From NCBI GenBank assembly GCA_951406725.2, contig OX597834.1:24242001-24306000 (forward strand): 64,000 nucleotides of DNA. Reading direction: 5' to 3'. This document shows positions 60,180-64,000 of this stretch, one piece after another; the stretch's first letter is position 1, and each line of letters opens with the position of its first letter. The position numbers and the translations under genes are program-made. Source of the DNA: Octopus vulgaris (lineage: Eukaryota). The notes beneath the pieces were generated by a model. The model worked only from the letters and a program-made list of their open reading frames with translations, made no database searches and was not told the origin of the DNA.

Positions 60180-60843
60180 TATATATATACACACATATAT
60201 ACATACATATATATATACATACACACACATATGTACATACATATATATACATACATACACATATGTTACATACACACACATATATACATACATATATATA
60301 TATATACATACACACACATATATACATACATATATATATATATATACATACACACACATATATACATACATATATATATATATATACATACACACACATA
60401 TATACATACATATATATATATATATATATACATACACACACATATATACATACATATATATATATATATATACATACACACACATATATACATACATATA
60501 TATATATATACATACACACACATATATACATACATATATATATATATATACATACACACACATATATACATACATATATATATATATACATACACACACA
60601 TATACATATATATACATACACACACATATACATATATATACATACACACACATATATACATATATATATACATACACACACATATACATATATATATATA
60701 TACATACACACACATATATACATATATATATATATACATACACACACATATATACATACATATATATATATACATACACATATATACATACATATATATA
60801 TATACATACACATATATACATATATATATATACATACACACAC

Positions 60844-60882
<39 letters not shown>

Positions 60883-61003
60883 CACACATATATACATACA
60901 TATATATATATACATACACACACATATATACATACATATATATATATACATATACATACATATATATATATACATACACACATATATATATACATATATA
61001 TAT
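60180..61003. repeat. Compound AT/AC minisatellite with about 30-36-bp higher-order units
   Basis: Recurrent (AT)n-ACATACACACAC-ATATATACATAC unit. Confidence 0.95.
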
Positions 61004-61089
61004 GTAGGTCCCGGGTTGAGTCGGGGTTAACCACAGTAAATAAGGTACTCAATACATAGCAGAGTAAATTAATTTATTTTATAGAAGGA

Positions 61090-61138
61090 GCTTCTACAGG
61101 ACTAGAACTGTTTCATTCAAAAGAAATCATCAGGAAGC
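61090..61138 (-). ncRNA. Type-I hammerhead ribozyme
   Basis: Minus strand GCTTC-CTGATGA-tTTC tttt GAAt-GAA-ACAG ttctagtc CTGT-A-GAAGC; GUA site. Confidence 0.7.
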
Positions 61139-61521
61139 CATGATTTCTTTTGAATGAAACAGTTCTAGTCCTGTAGAAGCTCCTTCTATAAAATAAATAT
61201 ACATATATATATATATATATGCATATACATATACATATATATATATATATATATAAAATACAAAATGGGACAAGAACGCCAAACATCCAGACAGCTGAAA
61301 CAAAAAAGGGACTCAAACCTGAGTCATGAGAGGACCAACATGACTCTTAAAGAGAAAGTATGCATATCTTAGCAATTGCTTTATCGTTCATTTCATTTTC
61401 ATAATTATATTCATTCCATTATCATTTTCCATTCGTTTTTATGTCCCTGCATGTTTTTGTATGTCCCCCTCTGTGTGCAGGCCTTGTGCCCATAATAAAG
61501 GGAAAAGCAAGCCATGTTACT

Positions 61522-61561
61522 CCAGACTGATGACAAGCAAGACTCAGAAACTAGTCTCTAG
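61522..61561 (+). ncRNA. Minimal type-I hammerhead ribozyme (weak stem II)
   Basis: cAGA-CTGATGA-cAAG caaga CTCa-GAAA-CTAG-TC-TCT; palindromic ACTAGT stem III; GUC site. Confidence 0.55.
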
Positions 61562-61724
61562 ATGCAGGCTTAGCTGGGTGGAGGCGCTTGTCTCCCCCTT
61601 GTAAACATAAGGACACAAGAAATGTGTCAAGGCCGACAGGAAGCGTTGATGCTTCCTAGGGCTAAATAGCAGTAGTGTGATTCCCTTTATGGGACTGTCA
61701 CATTAAGTTGACAGTATACAACTG

Positions 61725-61763
<39 letters not shown>

Positions 61764-62244
61764 CATACACACACACACCTATGTATATATATATATATAT
61801 ATACACACACACATCTATGTATTTTTGTCCCATTTTTGTATTTAATATATATATATATATATATATCTGTGAGTATATATGTCTGGATATATAACTAATT
61901 CAGAGACGAACCACCATTTCACAACTCAGTCAAGGAAGAACCCATCCAAAACCAATGTGTGAGACATATACCATACAAAATAGAATTATATTATATATTA
62001 CGAAATTCGGTATGATATTATCATAAGGTTGGAATAATAATTTATTCCCTAATATTATTATTATATCTGGATATATATATAAATCTGCTTCTTTGGGCTT
62101 AGTGAACCTGTAGCAAGTCGTAAAAGGTGATAATATGATGTAATGGTCGTTTGCCCGAACAAGTATAAAAATAGTATTACACAAACAGTAGCCAAACAGG
62201 CTATAAAAAACCATTAACATAATCTCTCTGTAGCTGCTGAACCC

Positions 62245-62275
<31 letters not shown>

Positions 62276-62304
62276 GTGTGCATGCGTAAGGACAAGGTCA
62301 TTGG

Positions 62305-63190
62305 TGTAGAGGAGCTCCTCTATGCTGATGACCTTGTTCTTATTGCTGAATCACTACCAGAATTAGAGAAGAAATTTCAGATATGGAAGCAAGGTCTGGA
62401 ATCAGAGTTAATTTAGCAAAGACCCAAGTCCTAATAAGTAGGAAAACAGACAAATCACATATCCCTCCAGGGAGATGGCTTTACTTGATATATAGAAAAG
62501 GTGTCAATAGAAATTACATACAGTGTACCCAGTGCCAGCTATAGACACATAAAAGATGAGTGATATCACTAGAAGATTAACAGAGAAAGTAATCTTTACA
62601 TGTGGTAGGTATGTAGGTATATTAAACACACAGAATGTACAAAAGATAGACTTACTCACATGTCAGGAGGGATCCTTAAAATTGTATACAGTTTCTGTTA
62701 CTTAGGTGACCAAGTTAGCAGTAGTGGAGGTTGTCCGAAAGCAAAGCTGATAGAATAAGAATAGGCTGAAAGGCAGATTGTATGATGCCTCTGTATGAAT
62801 AGCTATGCCACATGGCAGTGAGTACTGAGGTTATACGAAGGCTTGAAAGAAATGAAGCCAGTATGCTCTGCTAGATGGGTAATGTCAGTGTGCATATACA
62901 AGAGTGTCAGTGATTTGAGAGAAAAACTGGGTATACAAGGCATCAGACGTGGTTTGTAAGAGATAAGACTGCTGGTGCAATCGTGTATTGCATATGAATG
63001 AAGACAGATGCATCATCAAACGCCAATCTCTAACTGTGAAGGGAATGTCTGGAAAGTGTAGACCTGGTAAGATGTGGGAGGTGAGAAAGGTTCTTCAGAC
63101 ACTGGGCCTCACAAAGGGATGATAAGGGACTGTGACTCCTGGAAGTTTGCTGTGGTTGAAAAGGCACATCAAGCTAAGTAAAATCATAGT
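62305..63190 (+). mobile_element. Degraded RTE LINE 3' portion
   Basis: ELLYADDLVLIAES..EL..KF..WKQGLES; FCYLGD. Confidence 0.8.
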
Positions 63191-63733
63191 TGTCACTGCA
63201 TCCCTTTTCAGCTGAATGATCCCCATCTTGCAGGCTTGTAGGTGCTGGTGCAGTCAAAAATTACTCAGTACTCTCTGTGAAGTGCTTGATGTTAAGAAGG
63301 GCATCCAACTATAGAAACCATGCCAAAACAGAAATAGAGCCCAGGCAGTTCTTCAGCTGGCTAGCTCCTGTGAAATAGTCCAACCTATGCCAGAATGGAT
63401 TATAGACATTAAATGATGATGATATAATATAAATCATATATGAAATAAACAGAAATATCTTTCATCTATGTTCTGCTTCATCAAGGTTGGCCAAGGGCTA
63501 AAAGAGTATGTCAAGCTGTCTTGTTTAATCTTCAAGTGTTAACAGATGTTCGTTTTCCTATTAATTCCTAGGAAGCTGTCATTCTACTCTTTTTGGGCAC
63601 ATGGGCTAATTATGAGTAAACGAGGGAACTTCTATGTTGTCATTCAAATAGCCAGAAATAATAGTCAAATCTTTCTCAATTATCTACATTATTTACATTT
63701 TATGGATATTTGTCCTCATCTTGTTTGTTGTTA

Positions 63734-63777
63734 ACACAACATTTCGGCTGATATATCCTCCAGCCTTCATCAGGTGT
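63734..63777 (-). ncRNA. Minimal type-I hammerhead ribozyme within a tRNA-headed element
   Basis: Minus strand ACAC-CTGATGA-aGGCTG gaggatatat CAGCC-GAAA-TG-TT-GTGT. Confidence 0.7.
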
Positions 63778-64000
63778 CTTGGGGAATCTTCGAATCTGGG
63801 TTCTCATTCCTAAGGTATTTTTCGATATTATTATTCAGGTCACTTCCTGGAATCGAACTCGAAATCTTGGAGTTAGTAGCCCACACGGTCTTAACCACTA
63901 CACCATATGCCCATAGGCATATGGCATAGTGGTTAGAAATTTCATGTCTTTTCTGTTTCACTTTCACTTTTCAATTCCTTCCATTTTGTTCCTATTAATT

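Noticed and set aside
59964-61052. YI/HT-rich ORFs up to 362 aa on both strands
   Set aside because: AT/AC minisatellite artefact
63840-63912. tRNA gene
   Set aside because: A and B boxes present but acceptor and T stems do not close; treated as a SINE head, like the other tRNA-like heads

Overview
AT-rich, microsatellite- and SINE-rich animal genomic DNA, most likely an octopod cephalopod (inferred from the SINE/LINE repertoire, not proven). The main feature is a + strand myosin VI (Myo6) gene. I reconstructed 27 GT-AG coding exons by hand from 10370 to the stop at 56508; they join in frame (3594 nt, about 1197 aa). The protein has the P-loop GESGAGKT, insert 1, insert 2 (reverse gear), an IQ motif, an SAH region, and a cargo domain with RRL and WWY motifs. 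The first coding exon was not found and probably lies upstream. Introns and flanks hold decayed Penelope-like, CR1, RTE, Tx1, Gypsy, mariner, hAT, piggyBac and Helitron pieces and several SINE families. The most unusual signal is a set of about a dozen minimal type-I hammerhead-ribozyme motifs (intact to decayed), often inside fold-back elements. One of them sits in a short element with a tRNA-like Pol III head, a candidate Penelope-mobilised ribozyme SINE. Nearly all long ORFs in the supplied track are microsatellite artefacts. Repeat coordinates are approximate.
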